NCBI GenBank assembly: GCA_051362555.1
Contig: CM120640.1
Span: 67,248,788-67,312,787, forward strand
DNA length: 64,000 nt
Reading direction: 5' to 3'
DNA from: Lingula anatina
Lineage: Eukaryota > Animalia > Brachiopoda
Positions 1 to 14,100 of this stretch are shown here, piece by piece. Position numbers and translations under genes: made by a program. Under the pieces are notes generated by a model. It was not told the origin of the DNA. It saw only the letters and a list, made by a program, of their open reading frames with translations, and searched no databases. Position 1 is the stretch's first letter. Every line of letters begins with the position of its first letter.

Positions 1-1152
1 AATGATGCTTAGAAACATGTAATGGCAAGTTATGACACTGAATTTAAAAGAAAAGGGATCCTGAAATTGTGTCTGGATTAATTTGACTAACTGAATGAAT
101 TCAGGTAAAGGCATTTGAGAAAAGTAACTAAAAGAAAATCAAATTCCTATTCATGGAGTACATTGTACCAATAATATGCCATTTATGTCTTTATTATATA
201 GGGTATTCATCTTCATAAAAGATGACAGTATAGTGATTTAACCCTTGAACAATAGGCTGACAGATGCACAAGTCTAGCCATACCTGTAACTTCCGTATGC
301 TAATATTTACAATAGAGTATTTGAAGGGTTGCTTGCAGCAGAGTGAAAATCAGTTGTACAACAATGATTTTTTTCTAATCAATATATCTACTAGTCCTGT
401 GAGATCACTGCCTTTTAAACTTATCCAGATGAGACTATACAAAAACTGTTCTTTTTTGATAAATATGACAGCGTGCCAATAAAAAACATCAGTTAGCCAT
501 CTCACAGAGTCCTAGCAAACAAATATACATTCTATTCATTGCTTTATTGGTTCTTTACATTTATTATATTGCTCTTTTTCCCCAATTGTATCATAATAAA
601 ACTAATGTTCATAAAATTTTCCATATATTATTGGATTTGTCAAACGTGCATCTTCTTATCAGCAGATAACTCGGAAGATAATCACTGGCATTGTGTGTCG
701 TGATTACTTTCAATAATACTGTGGTATTGTGCCTTCACTGTCATAACAGTGTATTAACCTCAAACGAACTTTTCACCTCCCAAGACCAGACACACAGCTA
801 CAGGATATTAACATGTATATGCTAACTATAACATAATATACCCTTACTGTTTTAATTATACATATACAGCCTTGCAGCTGATCTGACAAAGAGACAATCA
901 AAATTTCATTTTCAAATTCTTGTCCAACTATCTATGGTCCTTTTCACATTGTGTAGGGCACTGTTGTTTTGCACTACTTTAGGAAACTGACAACTAATAG
1001 CCCAGCTATTAAGAGTTATAAATGCAGGTTTTAAAAATTCATGAAAAATATCGTTTCATAAGGTTGTAAGGGTTTTATACCCCAAGTGACAACTTGCTGC
1101 ATATTAAAACTATTGCAAGCATGAAATATGACAAAATTCCTTATATCAATTA

Positions 1153-4100
1153 CGGTAAAGTGCCATGAATTTCGAACGGCTCTTGAATTTCGAACGATCT
1201 TAAAATCGGCCGTCTGGAGTTTTTTCTGGACCATGAATTTCGGCCAGTAAGCAATTTTGCGCGATCTTGATTTCGTGAATTTCGTACACCTTAAAACCGG
1301 CCACCGGGCTATTCTCGCGCTTATAAAGATCTAACAGTCGGCAATGTTGCCCTAGCGTACCTTTACCTGAGTACTACATGTGCGGCCCAAGGTGCAAGAT
1401 AACGATCAGTACAGTTAGTTTAGGACGCTAAACAACATCGTCATATCTATTCATTCAGATAACAGGAGAATCTATTAAGAGTTGTACTGTCGGGCTGTTG
1501 TTTCTTTACCGCAGTATTCGGTGTGAGATAGCGATCGGTAGTTTTGCTGAGGCGCACAATAGCATTGTTAACAGCAGAGACTTCAGTAACAGAACAAAAG
1601 AGCTGCAATAAAGATAACCATTATTGCTTTCTTGTCTCGCTCAGATCGTTCACGATCTCCCGCTGACGATCTTCCGGTAATGAAGTCCCTTGAAATGTAC
1701 AAATGAAATGAAAAATATTTTTAAAAATTATAAATTCCAATGGGGAGGGATGGAGGGTTAAAAACAATCGAGAACGATCTCCGGCTGACGATCTTCCGCA
1801 AACGAAAGCCACTGAACGAGTATGAGCTTTCTCGTTTCACTCGGATTGCGACGCTGACGATACGAAAATTGCGTTCTCGTCTCGCCCTTTGGCTTACGAA
1901 GTCTCTTTAACAAATATGAAAATTGCCTCCTGGTCTCTCTCGGATTGCGAACGATCTCTCGCTGAAAATTTGAAATTTTCCTTTTTGTCAATCAGCTTTG
2001 TCAGTTGCCGTGCGTATGAAGGTCCGGAAGGTGTCCCCTTTCACAAATTGGCCTGTAGTTTGCATAGTGTTTTGTACCGCATGAAGGTCACTCTTGTCAC
2101 TGCTGCATACGGCGTGGAATGTGTATCTTAAAGTTCATAGAAACATTTTATTGCGTTTTGTAAGCTTTAGGAAGTAGTTTCGTCGTGATTGAATATCAGC
2201 GTACACTACAAAGTAGTACCATTCATCTCTGACGCATCATAAAAGCTAGGTACGTCAAATTACTCTAAGAAAATTTCTTACAACGTCCACGGCTGTCCCG
2301 ACAAGCCAAGACGTCATTAAAGAAAAAGTCGCAAGCCGTCTAGCCGTCTTTGAAAATATAGGCCGTCCGGTGATGTTAGCGGCCGTCCAAATGACGGCTG
2401 GACGGTTCGCTGGGAAAAGCCTTGCTCATAAGGGTATGTTTATTTTACTAGGGGCTAACTGACATCACCCAGCTTACATGCGGGTGCATGCCTCCCAAAA
2501 TTATATTAAAGGATAAAATTGTAATATATCTAAGTTTAATTGTTTGTAAATTTGTAAAAATTGCCCATACCACCCCGTTAGTTTGGAGGGTTATGCTGGA
2601 TCAAGTCCGTGTCAAAATTCTTTGAAACTTTGCAGGAAAAATCAATCTTCCTTTGTTTCTGTGGCTCCTTGTTTAGCCCGATGATCAGATTTATCTAGTG
2701 CCCCCAGGTCTGCTGGAGCAGCTCTTTGAAAATAACACACAGGTAGATTTTTATCTGAGATAAATATCGCGTTCGATACACTCAAGACAAAAGCTACCTG
2801 TGAGCTGAAGGGCACTTTACCCTCTAATTAAGAGGTAAAGCAAGTTCCAGCTAGATGGACGATTAAGATCGGACTTCAGATGGTAACTATTATTGTTTAC
2901 CTCAGTTCTGTGAAAGCAAACGAGAAGGGTGTCAGAACAATGGTGCATATATAAATTATACAGAGAATTTGTACATTCAGGTGACATTAACTATAATCGA
3001 AGGGGATTTTCGATAATATTCCTTGAAAAGTACACTAGATTTATAGAGAATAATATCATGGTTGGCCAAGAAATTATATACGCACAGTGTATCCGTGCGT
3101 ATGCCTGGTTACGCCCCTGTCGCAAACCAGCAAACCATATCCTGCTGATTACATGAAAATTGCCTTCGAGCATGGACAAAAAGTCCAAGCTTCTATGCTT
3201 GCTCGGATCGCTGACGATCTCTTGCTGACAAATATAGTAACGAAGTCCCTTGAACTAGTGTGGAAATTGGCTTATTGTCGCGCTCAGATCGCTCACTATC
3301 TCCCATTGACGATCTTCCAGTCCCTTGAACGAATATAAAAACTGCCTTTTCGGTTTACTCTAGATTAACTATCTCTCGCGTTTGTTTGAAGATGGTTTCA
3401 ATGACAAAACGTACACGCTTTTCAAATGCGTACATTGACGCAACTATGCGCCAGGAAATCAGTTGCTGCTGCTGGTTAAGATTGGGTTGCCTGAGCGAAA
3501 AAAAAAACGCCCCCCCCCCCCCCCCCCCCCCCCCCCAAACCTAGTATATTTCATCGCAGACAACAATCAGCGGTCATCTTGGTCGCAGCGCACGACGGAG
3601 AGAGAACGTAATACACAGTTCGGCTGCCGTGGCGAAATCGAAGGCTACCTGTGCGCCGCACATACCGATCTGCGGTCGTAGTGGCCTCCCCGCACGGAGG
3701 AGAGGCCGTAGTGCCGAGGCCGGCTTCTGCAGGGAAGGCTACGTATGCGTCGGAGACACCGACCCGCGAACGGCGAGATGAGGACGCATTCGCGCGTAAA
3801 GCTCCGCCCGACTTTAACGGTAAAGGCAACGAACCTGGTCGCGGAAGACACTTATCGCAGATGAAGGCTACCTGCACGTGCGCCATAGACACTGATCGGC
3901 TGTCGTCTCGGTTTCAGTGCACGGAAAGGAGCAACGGTAACACTAAGCTTCCATAGTAAAGGTTATCTGGCCGTGGCAGACGCTAATCGTCGGCCGTCTC
4001 TCCCTCCGTCCACTCCCGTTCTGAGCGCCAGGATCGTTTTTGAAAAACGACACTTGTTTCTGGCTGCCAGAATCGCTTTTGAAAAACGACACTACTGATA

Positions 4101-4423
4101 ACGATACTGTTTTGCGGCCCTAGACAACATTACCGCTCTATCTATGGGCCATACACAGTGATCGGGTGAAAGTACGTGTATACCTTTGGTCGCAATTACC
4201 GACACTCACACATCATACATTATGGTAACTCTAAATAGATCGTCGGGAGAAGATAACAGAAAGCCTAGCGACGAAGAGACAACTTCCGGTCAAAATTGAC
4301 AGAATTCCATGAAATTCGAACTTTCGGAAGTTCTGAGCATCTCCATTTCATGAATTTCGGCCAGAACGATCTTTTCCCAAATTTAATTATTTTTTACTGT
4401 TCGAAATTCATGGCACATTACCG
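1153..4423. mobile_element. Non-autonomous Tc1/mariner(pogo-like) DNA transposon, ~3.27 kb, in GRK intron 1
   Basis: 25-bp TIRs: CGGTAAAGTGCCATGAATTTCGAAC (1153-1177) and GTTCGAAATTCATGGCACATTACCG (4399-4423), 1 mismatch. TA flanks both sides (1151-1152, 4424-4425). TGAATTTCG motifs recur near both ends. The interior is CpG-rich, unlike the flanks, and has no transposase ORF. Confidence 0.85.
2325..2424 (-). mobile_element. hAT-like terminal fragment nested in the 3.3-kb element
   Basis: The minus strand begins CAAGGCTTTTCCCAG followed by clustered GACGG/CCGTC motifs, resembling a hAT end with subterminal repeats. No partner end was found. Confidence 0.35.
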
Positions 4424-7400
4424 TAATCATAATATATAGAAGTAATTAAATAAAAAAAATCTAAATGGCATAATAAATCTTATTCAAAGGGCTTTAAGCC
4501 TATATATTTCGTTCGTGGATAGCCTATGCTCATATGCAAAAAGGCATGCTACATTCTTCTGAAATAATAAAGCAATATCCTGCTCAAAAACAGCATTCTT
4601 ACGTCAAGACAAATTACACCTTACATTTACTTACACCCAACTGGTAACCTAAACAATTCAGATAAACACATCTCTTATAAAATATTGTTATTATTATCGG
4701 ATAATGGATTGACTTACAGATTAAAAACCCCAATACATCAATATACCTTAGTTAAGCAACCATACATATGCATTCAGAAATTTCTTTCAACATGATGAGC
4801 ATGACCATGCTCCTGAATTACCTGCTGGACAGTAGGATTGCAGACGCTCATTTACGAATTCAAGAAGAAAGCACAAGAAAAAAAAAATTAATTACAGGAC
4901 CCATGGTTTATAAGGATTATGAAGTTATCTTGTTTATATGCAAAGAGTGTGGAGGTGCTTCCTAGGCTACGGAGTGGCCCACGTAGTACAATAGTGAGTA
5001 AATAAAAGAAGGGATTTACGTCCATGATAGGAAGTGACTCCAAAGTCCCAAGTATCCAATTAACCATAAAACAGAGCAAAAATGACTCTATTATTTATTC
5101 ATTGTTTCCTTGAGAAAATCTTAAGCTGGTATTTATTTTATTTAAATAAATATTTTTATGTGTAGTAAGATGGCAGTGTATTCACGGGCACAGCAATATA
5201 TTCTCTGCCTTGAAATTACCAACTTTCAAAATAAGACAGATTTCTTTTTCATTTTCATATTGATGTGACTTTATCAAACAAGAATGAATAACATCAAGCC
5301 AGTCAGTTACAAATACTACAAACTGAAGGTGATGGTGAGGGTCTCATTTTTACTGTCACCAGCAAGGGAATCTTAGAAATACTAATTAGTCCCCTTATCT
5401 TGTATTACATATAAATATCATTAACTAAATCTACTGCAAAGAGACGGGATACCTTTTCACAAATTGTTTGATCCTTCAGCAAGTTTTACATATATCCTGA
5501 TTAAAGAGTCAATCCCATTACATAAATGGCAAATTATAATGCTGATTGGTTCAATTTGGTTTCAGCAGGCCAAAGGAAAACCTAGAGTTATTCAAGTTCT
5601 CAATCAGAAACTGGCAGAAAATTCAGATTATGCTGGCTCCAATTCTTATAATACTGGTAGTATAGTGTGATTATAAAATAAAGTTAGCACTTATGCTTCA
5701 GGTGTACTTTCACTTAACAGGCTAAAAATAACCCATTTCCCAGATTACCAGTTCACGTAGAAAGAAGGTCAAATGCTTACCTGTTGAGAGTATGGGTGCC
5801 ACTCAGAGAAACTAGATTCTATGGATTCACATTCCAGGCATCAATCCATCGTAAGCCTCTAACTGAATATAAGCAAAGGGCTCTGAGCCAACACTATGGG
5901 AATGGCCGGGTAGAAGGTGAACAAGGCTCAACTTTAATATTACACCTTTTCACAATATAGAACCATGAGCTCATGTGTACAAAATGCATCATATTTTTTT
6001 CAACTGTAATCTTTTAACAACCTGGAGGAAATTATTTAACGTTTCCGCTAGGAAAATATATATATCTAACATAGATGGCAAATTGCACCTTATTTCTTTT
6101 TGCTGTTGCTTTACAGAAACATTTCTTTGGTAAGACCACCCACCTAAACCAAGAATTTCATTCACTTCTCTCTTCATTAAGAAACTGACACAAAACATAA
6201 TTGCTAAATGGTACCTTATCATAGTCATTAAAGGCAACTGGCAGAAGCAAGCACATGCTAACTAGCAATATTCATAATAGAAGTATCATGACAGCACCCC
6301 ATTCTCAGTCAGGTACCATCAAAAATCCTTTCCACCAGGTCAATCCTCCTCATATACAGTTTCAATTAGTAACATTACTAGTATTTTTTTACTCTTCAAC
6401 ATTGTTTTAATTGCTAGATAGCAAAATAAGCAGCTGATACCAATCACATCCCAACATAATTTTGTTATATAACAACTGGGCAGATTATATGTCATATTGG
6501 AAATTTTTGTATATCTATAATTTTCTTAAAAACCAGAGAGTAATACGCTTACCCTAAATGATCTCGTTTTCAAGAAAATGGCCCAATGTTTTGCATTTGG
6601 CTTGTATCATGTATAATACCAACAGACTTATTTCTGGCATGAAGTTATGAGACGTCATAGCTACCAACTTGCATTCTAAGAAAGTTGACAACATATTAAC
6701 GCATGCAGATTACCTTTAGGAGTAAGAAGTCATTTCTTTGAAAAAACTGTATACCAAATGTCAACCATAATAAAACTATTAAAAAATCACTTAAAAATCG
6801 CATACAAATCTGAAAATGACAGGCCTCTTCGTTTTTTCAACAGTAGGACAAAAAACTAAGATTATTCTTGAACACTATGAAGTGCACTTAAGTCAGGACA
6901 GGTAGATCGATTGCTGGTCTCAATTATTCTAAGCACTAGTTGAAAGCCATCTGCTTCTTGACACTTACTCCAAATGTGAGGTGTTCCTATTTTAAAAAAT
7001 AAATGTGCTGAATAACTTATTTAAGATTGATCAATAGACTAACACCAGATATACACCAGCACCGACGGTGTCAAAGTAGGTCACTTGCTCGATTGGGCAA
7101 CTAGCAGACAGTCAACAAAAATCAAATTTCAAAACACTAAAATGATCAGGTTGAGCACATCTTTTATCACAAAATTTGTGTTCGATGCCACTGTCATGTG
7201 GCTACATACCATTGTTTTTCAAGGATGAGGTGTGGCTACGACAATACAACTATTAGAAAATACAAAAAAAAAATTTTTTTTGATATATATGCAAATCTGA
7301 CAGTTATCCAGGTCTAACTTGATTGTATGTAGGTCTAAACTTCAGCTTCAGATTGATACCCATGAAACACTGAAACACTCTGACTCTTAAGTTTGGTCCT

Positions 7401-9989
7401 CTGTATGATCATCTTGTATGATAAGACCTGGTATATAAAATCTGAAATCGAAAAGAAGCAAACAATCTGGGGTATACAGAAAAGTCTGGCCATAAAAAAT
7501 TGAAGTTGTAAATGACTAGCCAGTTTGTAAAGTAACACTGTTGTACACTGTTGGCTTTTTGAACTTATAAATGACAGAATTGCTGTTGCATTTTACTTTT
7601 TGTATCACTATGATGCATCGGCTACTGTTTAAAGTTTAGGACTACCTTTTCCATTGCCCAGTTAGCATTAGTGTGACAGCGTGGTTACTAAAAATAGCCC
7701 ATCCATGCTCCCTAAGAGGTGTTTTTAAAAGTAGACAAACCAGATGTTGTCGTTCCATGAATATTGTATTTTAATGACAGAAAACTGAAGCAAGATTTAG
7801 TTCTATAACGTATTAAGATTTTTGATCTTATAAATCCCTGGAAAATCTCAGTCATATGTCTACTTTGAGTCACACAATAAGACATTAACAGTATCAAGTT
7901 ATCCAACCTGTCCATGCTTGAACTTAATCGTGTGTCAAACAAGCGAACTGTGAAATACTTAGTTATTCCGCAAGTATGGGTTTTAGACCCCATTCAGATG
8001 GACACATTGTACTAGTTGGTTGCTCTAACTCTGTGCTATGAATGCTTTCTTAACCACAAGTTACATGACATGGGCTACCAAGTAAAAACAATACAAATAC
8101 TACATACACCTTTGCCATATTGTGATGGCTAAAAAACATCAACAATCCTGTGTTTTTAAGGGTGTAAACCACACAACTCAAACCCTAGTCAGAGCTATTT
8201 TTCATACATGAATACATTTCATGCTGCTTTAATTAATGGTCATATGAAGTTATCTACCATACAAAATTGTACCTGGAAAGGTGAAGTCTGTTCTTATAAG
8301 GGCAAAGTGATCACTTCTGTGTTTACCATATCTATTTTGTTTTTATTTATTTATTTACTTTGTCATCATACACCATACATTCAGTTCCAAACTCAAACCC
8401 TTCAAATATTCTAGCATCTCTTTATTGAAAAACACAGTGACTCTAAACAAATTAGCGATTTAATATACATGTGCTGAAAAGATTTTTTTCAGTTTCTGAT
8501 CACCTTAAAGCACTGTTCACCAAGGACATCCCGATCATTAATAGTCAATTAGTAACAAAAGTGTCCTTAAACCTCAGTTTCCTATCATTCCATAATGTCA
8601 CAGTCCATACTACATGTTCCACTATGTGTTATTTACACACTATTAAATGATTTATAAGAGAATTTGTCAAGTTATGGTGACTGGATGTATTTCTTATGCA
8701 TTCAATACAGGCATATGTCCAAATGTGCTTGTTGTCATCAACTCCTGGCCAAGATCCAGGAGCTCTTCCAATTCTGCAGCCAATGAAGCAATAGGATTTC
8801 CATCTTCATCAACAGTCTATTTGGCTCCAAATTCTGGTACATAGACAAAATGTGTTAACTTTTCTTTGGGACTTTGATTATGGGCAAAAAAGGGGTGCAA
8901 GGGTACATGCCAAACATTGCTGTAAGTTACGACTATAATATATCATGCAAGTATCGTATCAATAATAGTTTTAGAGAAGGGAAAGACAGTGTTTCAAGGC
9001 ATGTGGTTATTAGTAAGTAGAAATGAATATGTTTAAAAGAAAACAGCATGGTACAGTACCAAGGACACATTTTCTGCCACTGATAAAATAATTGTCAAAC
9101 AGGGGAGACTATGAAAATGTTTAAACGGAACTCTTGCATCCCTAGCCCATTCACATCTTACTGTCTTAGTGTCATAAACTACGTCATGAAATATTGTTCT
9201 ATAATCAAAACAGTTTATTACACATACGGGATAAGTGGCTGGTCTTTCTTAATATTGACTTTGTTGATCATAAAAATTGGTCAATGAAAAATTATATATC
9301 CTCTTGCCCTTATTCCATTGATGAATATACCATTTTATGTAAATATAGCAACCCATTGGGAGGGAAGTTTATCACCACAAATATTCATATACTATTTTTT
9401 AATTCTTATCTGGGTAATTGACATGGGTATTAAGCATATTATTCAACTGAGGGAAGCCAGTGGCCAATGAAGTCATCAAGGAAGATTTATTATAGCTGAA
9501 ACTGTATTGAAGTGGACCAGATGACGTTGGTGTTATTACTCTGATATCAAAGTGCACCAAATCTACATTTCTATTTTCCTACTTGATCCTATGATGCTGC
9601 TACACCACTAAAATATCATTCTACAAAGTGTGGGTACTTCACTGCTTGGTTAGTTACTACCTTACTCGACAACATTGCCTCTTGTTGCTTTTGTTTACTT
9701 TTCACGGCCGATGTAAACAAAACCCTTGTCAGTCTCTACGACGGTCGATACTCACCCAATTTTTGATTGAAGATTTTGTCGAAGGTGACCTCACCCATTT
9801 TCTCCAGATGTTTGTGCATGACGCTCCGTACACTAAAATACAGAAAACAATCCTAAATGCTTACGATCACCATTTTGAATATTTTTTGCAAATGAATTAT
9901 CGTCTATCGAGGGGCTTCCCAGCATTATAGGCTGCGGTACATGTTATCCGTCCAAAACACAGCAAACCAAAGTTGGAAATAAAACTCAC

Positions 9990-10102
9990 CTTGGATCTGG
10001 AAGTATGATCTTTTTGCTGGCCCTGGCTGCTGGAGTCGATTTACTCTTCTCCATAGCCATTAAATAGCTCACATCAGCGAGCACCGCTTCAAGATCCGCC
10101 AT
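9990..10102 (-). CDS. GRK2: G protein-coupled receptor kinase 2/3 (beta-ARK, Gprk1), first coding exon; the gene continues beyond the left edge
   Basis: Translates [37 protein letters not shown](S), the highly conserved GRK2/3 N-terminus. The 113-nt coding exon ends AG|GTGAGT. No further GRK exon was recognised in 1-9989. Confidence 0.96.
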
Positions 10103-10299
10103 CTTGCCTATCTTCTTCACTAGGGTGGCTATTCCAATAGCTGCTTTTGAACCCCGTTAAACCCTAGAAACGGCACTCGCTGTAATGAATATGCCCTAGC
10201 TCCTTCTTTTTCACAAAGGCGATACTGATTATCTTCAAATTAAATCCCCATTCCAAATTCTAATGAAAGAGAGAATCGTCGTTCCAGTAAACTACGAAC

Positions 10300-10445
10300 T
10301 ACTAGATAGGCCTATATCCCTTGCATCCCAGTAACGCCGCAACTACAGTGAGAACCAAGGAAGAAGTAACCTGTTGACGTCACGCAGCCAGGTATAACTG
10401 AGCCGTAGCGGTCAATATAAGCTGATGTGCGGGGGATTGGGACTG
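10300..10445 (-). promoter_or_regulatory. Putative GRK2 proximal promoter with full CRE and CCAAT box
   Basis: Palindromic TGACGTCA at 10375-10382 and ATTGG (CCAAT on -) at 10436-10440, in a CpG-enriched stretch ~270-340 bp upstream of the ATG. Confidence 0.55.
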
Positions 10446-10890
10446 GCATTTTCAAAGAAAATGTGCAGTGCTCCTATAATTGATGGTATCTGTTTCAGGA
10501 CTGTCTTTTGTCGATCATATCAATATGGTTTTAAATAGGACGATGGTTATATTTTAGTTCATGTTCCGAAAGCATATCGCACCACAAATTACCAGTAGCA
10601 ATAATGTGATAAGTAATTAAGTTATTGTCAATCAACGTTGTACTTTTATGAAATATTGGTCGAAAAGGTATGTACTTTTGAAAGCGCAATAAAATGTCAC
10701 TTCAATACAAGCAGCTTTACTTTTAAAAGGGGGTTAGGGAAATGATTTTATCTTAGGTTCCAGGCAAAAGGAGCTCGCAACCGTTTGAAGACTTCTTTTA
10801 TGCGGATTTTTACTTTCATTACTAAAGGAAAGTGAAGTACGAGCATACTTCCGTGTATTGCTCTTTTATCTATTATTACTTTTTCTTTAA

Positions 10891-11132
10891 CAGGGGTGGA
10901 TCCAGAATTATTTGAAAGGGGAAGGGGTCCGTGAATGTGAAACCGAGCCGTGGGGTTATGGGGCCAGTGAAGGGCCCCAAAATTTTGGTATTTTAGAGGA
11001 CGAACTGTCCCATTTGGTACGGTTCAGAACTATGATTCAGCTAATCAAAATTCTCATTTCAAGAGGTAAAATTGCTGTGAATTTTTCAGAAATTGAAGGG
11101 AGGGGGTCAGGACCCACCTAAATCAGCCACTG
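10891..11132. mobile_element. Short degenerate MITE (CAGGGGTGGAT...ATCAGCCACTG ends)
   Basis: Imperfect TIRs CAGGGGTGGATCC / AAATCAGCCACTG, G-rich subtermini, and TTTAA immediately on both sides. Confidence 0.5.
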
Positions 11133-14100
11133 TTTAATGTATTTGTGTGTCACTGTGTATGATAGATTTATAAAAATTAAATTGCAGTTGCTGGTGATCG
11201 TAAAAAACAATATTTGCAATATGGTGAAAAATAGAATTCATTCTTTTAAAAATTGTCATGAAAAATCGAGAGACACTCAAGCCTTTCCTCTGTTTGCGTT
11301 ACATTTGATACCTTGCGTCTAAAACTGATGCACATATGTTACTTCATTACTATCAAGTGCAAAATTTTTTTTCATTTTTGTGCTGAAAATTTGTTCACTT
11401 TCATTTGTTCACTGTTAAAAAATAAACAATCCATGTTTGCACTCAGTCTATGTATTTTAACAGGACATCTGCTACCAAAAATGTTACTTTTTACTTCCAG
11501 CTGAAAACCCCAAATATATACAAACCCGCTTGGGTTTCAAGTATAGAAGTGTCTGTGCTTCCATTGTTTAATATTTATATTTTTTCTTTTTTTTTCAAAA
11601 TATTTTTTTTTCAGCAAGATGCCTCCAGATATAAAATAGTACTAGCATTATTCAAAAAGTGTCACACTGAGGGCAATCATTTTTTGCATTGTGTGATTTA
11701 TTTTCAGTATTTTTTTAATAAGTCAAAGTAAAATAGGTGTTGCAGAAATTGAACATTTTGTGAATGATAGGCAAGTGAAATAATTCATTCCAAACTACGC
11801 CACAGTGAGCCATCACTTTCACTGGCTATACACTTCTGCTCCATCAGTACAGATTACAGCAAGCCCTCTTGGGAATATGTATGCACACAAGATAATCTTT
11901 AAATCAATAAAAGGCTTAAAAAATTTACAGTTTAATGGTATAAAATTTAATCTATGATGCCAGAGCAAAAAAAAAAATGCTGTACCAAAAACCAAATATG
12001 GTAAATTAGCCATAAAACACCCATATTACATTGTTATAAATCAATCCATTTATTTCCCAAGTGAAAGTCTTCTTTGTAGGCAAAATTATGTCAGAAGAGG
12101 CTCATTTCTTTAAACCTGTAGAAATTGATGGGGTTCTTTCTTTCAACATAAGTTCAACAGCCACCTATCATAATAACATAACAAATAAAATAAGAATTCT
12201 GGAAACAAAAGAATTATTTAATATTGGTGATATTATAAAAAGGTATGTTTCTGTTTTAAGGACATGGTATTTACTGCAATAACACCTAGGTCTACTGACA
12301 AACCTTTTTATATCACCTTATGTTAAGAACTGGTGGTCCAGACAATTGACAATAACATGAAGAACAAAGGATACACTTTGTAGAATAGTGCCCAAAAGCA
12401 CGTTATAAATGACATACTACGTAGTACCTCGTTATATTGTTGTTCATTGCAACTGCTGAAACCAAATAATATAAAGTATATGTACTGGTGTGAAAAAAAA
12501 TATGGGTTAATGGATCTATATTTGTTCAATTATTTTCTATTCCATTAGCATGCAAATCAAACTGAAACTAGAGTAATATCCATGGCAGTCACCAGACAAA
12601 AAAATTTAATTATATATTTTATACAGTAAACCTTTATAAAAGAATCTTTAAAAATGAAATTGCTGCAAAATGAATTAGAAAAGAGAAAAAAAGGAAATTT
12701 CTGTTTACTAAATTGAAAATTGAGATCTGTTTAAGTTATCCTAATGTTGCATGATAAATCAGATGGCTGGCTGTGCAATCTAAATGCATTCACTGGCAAG
12801 CATAGCATCAACTGACTTAACAGCAAATGACTCATCCATTTCATTAGCAAGGTGATTGCTGCACTTTTCTATGCAACTTAATGCAGATTACTCTTTGGAA
12901 GATAAATTGGAAGCAATGCCTCTGTCACAGGCTCTTATAACCTGTGTCATATAAACTATTTAAGCTATGGATTTTCACTGGGCTAGTAGGCTATTACTGA
13001 ATGGAGGTTTCCCCAATTTGATTTAAAGAATGACCTGAATCTTGGACTCTTGCTAAAAAAGTACTGTTCTGCACACCCCCCCCCCCCCCCCATTGTATCC
13101 CAGTAATTTTCAATTAAGTGCTGTAACAAATTGCGAATCATCTGAGGAATATCCATTTTGACAATGCAGTAGAGAAGACCATGTAAAAGGGAAGAATGTC
13201 GACACATTGTTTTACCAATTTGGGAGTTTTTCACCATTGTTTACTTTTTAATCTATTTATTTTGGTAAACACAAATTTGTTAAAATACAATTTTGTTGGA
13301 CTGACTTGATTTGGTCTTCTAAACAAAGATTTTTTTCATTGCCATTACTTAAGTTTTTACAATATAAACAGTTTGAAATGAAGTTATACTTAGAAATTTG
13401 TCACTTTACCATAAATGTTTACTTTCAAAGATTTATTCCTCATAAACATAAACAAACACCAAAAGACAAATGAAATTTTCAAAGTTCAATATCCAATTTC
13501 AAAAACCACTTTATAACAAAGAATAGTTTTATTCCAATTTCTAAAACAGATTCCACCAAACTCAAATTAAGTATCTTTCTATCAAGACTAGGTATAGATT
13601 CTATAGCTACAAACCTGAAACACCTGTTACCCCTATCTTAAATCACAATATATGTACTGTTCATATAATATAATCTACCTCTTAAAACTGGTACCGAGAC
13701 AATAACCCTACAGTTCCAATACATAATGAAAAAAATCCAAATCTCAAAGCACATTGACACTAACAAGAGAAATATGGGCTAAATACATGTACATCTAAAC
13801 AACAAATAATAACAGCAAGAGTAACTTGCAGATAAAGGGGAAATGGTAGCACACAAAGGTAACTTTAAGATCAATAATCTAAAAATCTTAAAGAAGTGGT
13901 CCAATGCATGAATATTTAGCAGTGCTTTCTTACCATCTTATGATAGATAAAATAAAAATTTCCAAAGTAAATACAAATAAAAAAAACACTATATCCTCAA
14001 CCCTTCCACTGAATATCACAGATCCATATTGGAGTATATTATTAAAGTCTTCCAATAACATAAAAGCAGCACCTCCAGAAGAAATTTGTGATTCACATAA

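Noticed and set aside
1620-1990. Repeated ACGATCT..GCTGACGATC units as a possible CRISPR-like array
   Set aside because: The units are degenerate, irregularly spaced and inside a eukaryotic TE, with no cas genes.
3463-3956. GC-rich overlapping ORFs inside the transposon
   Set aside because: Short, partly produced by a poly-C tract, with no DDE or other recognisable domain.
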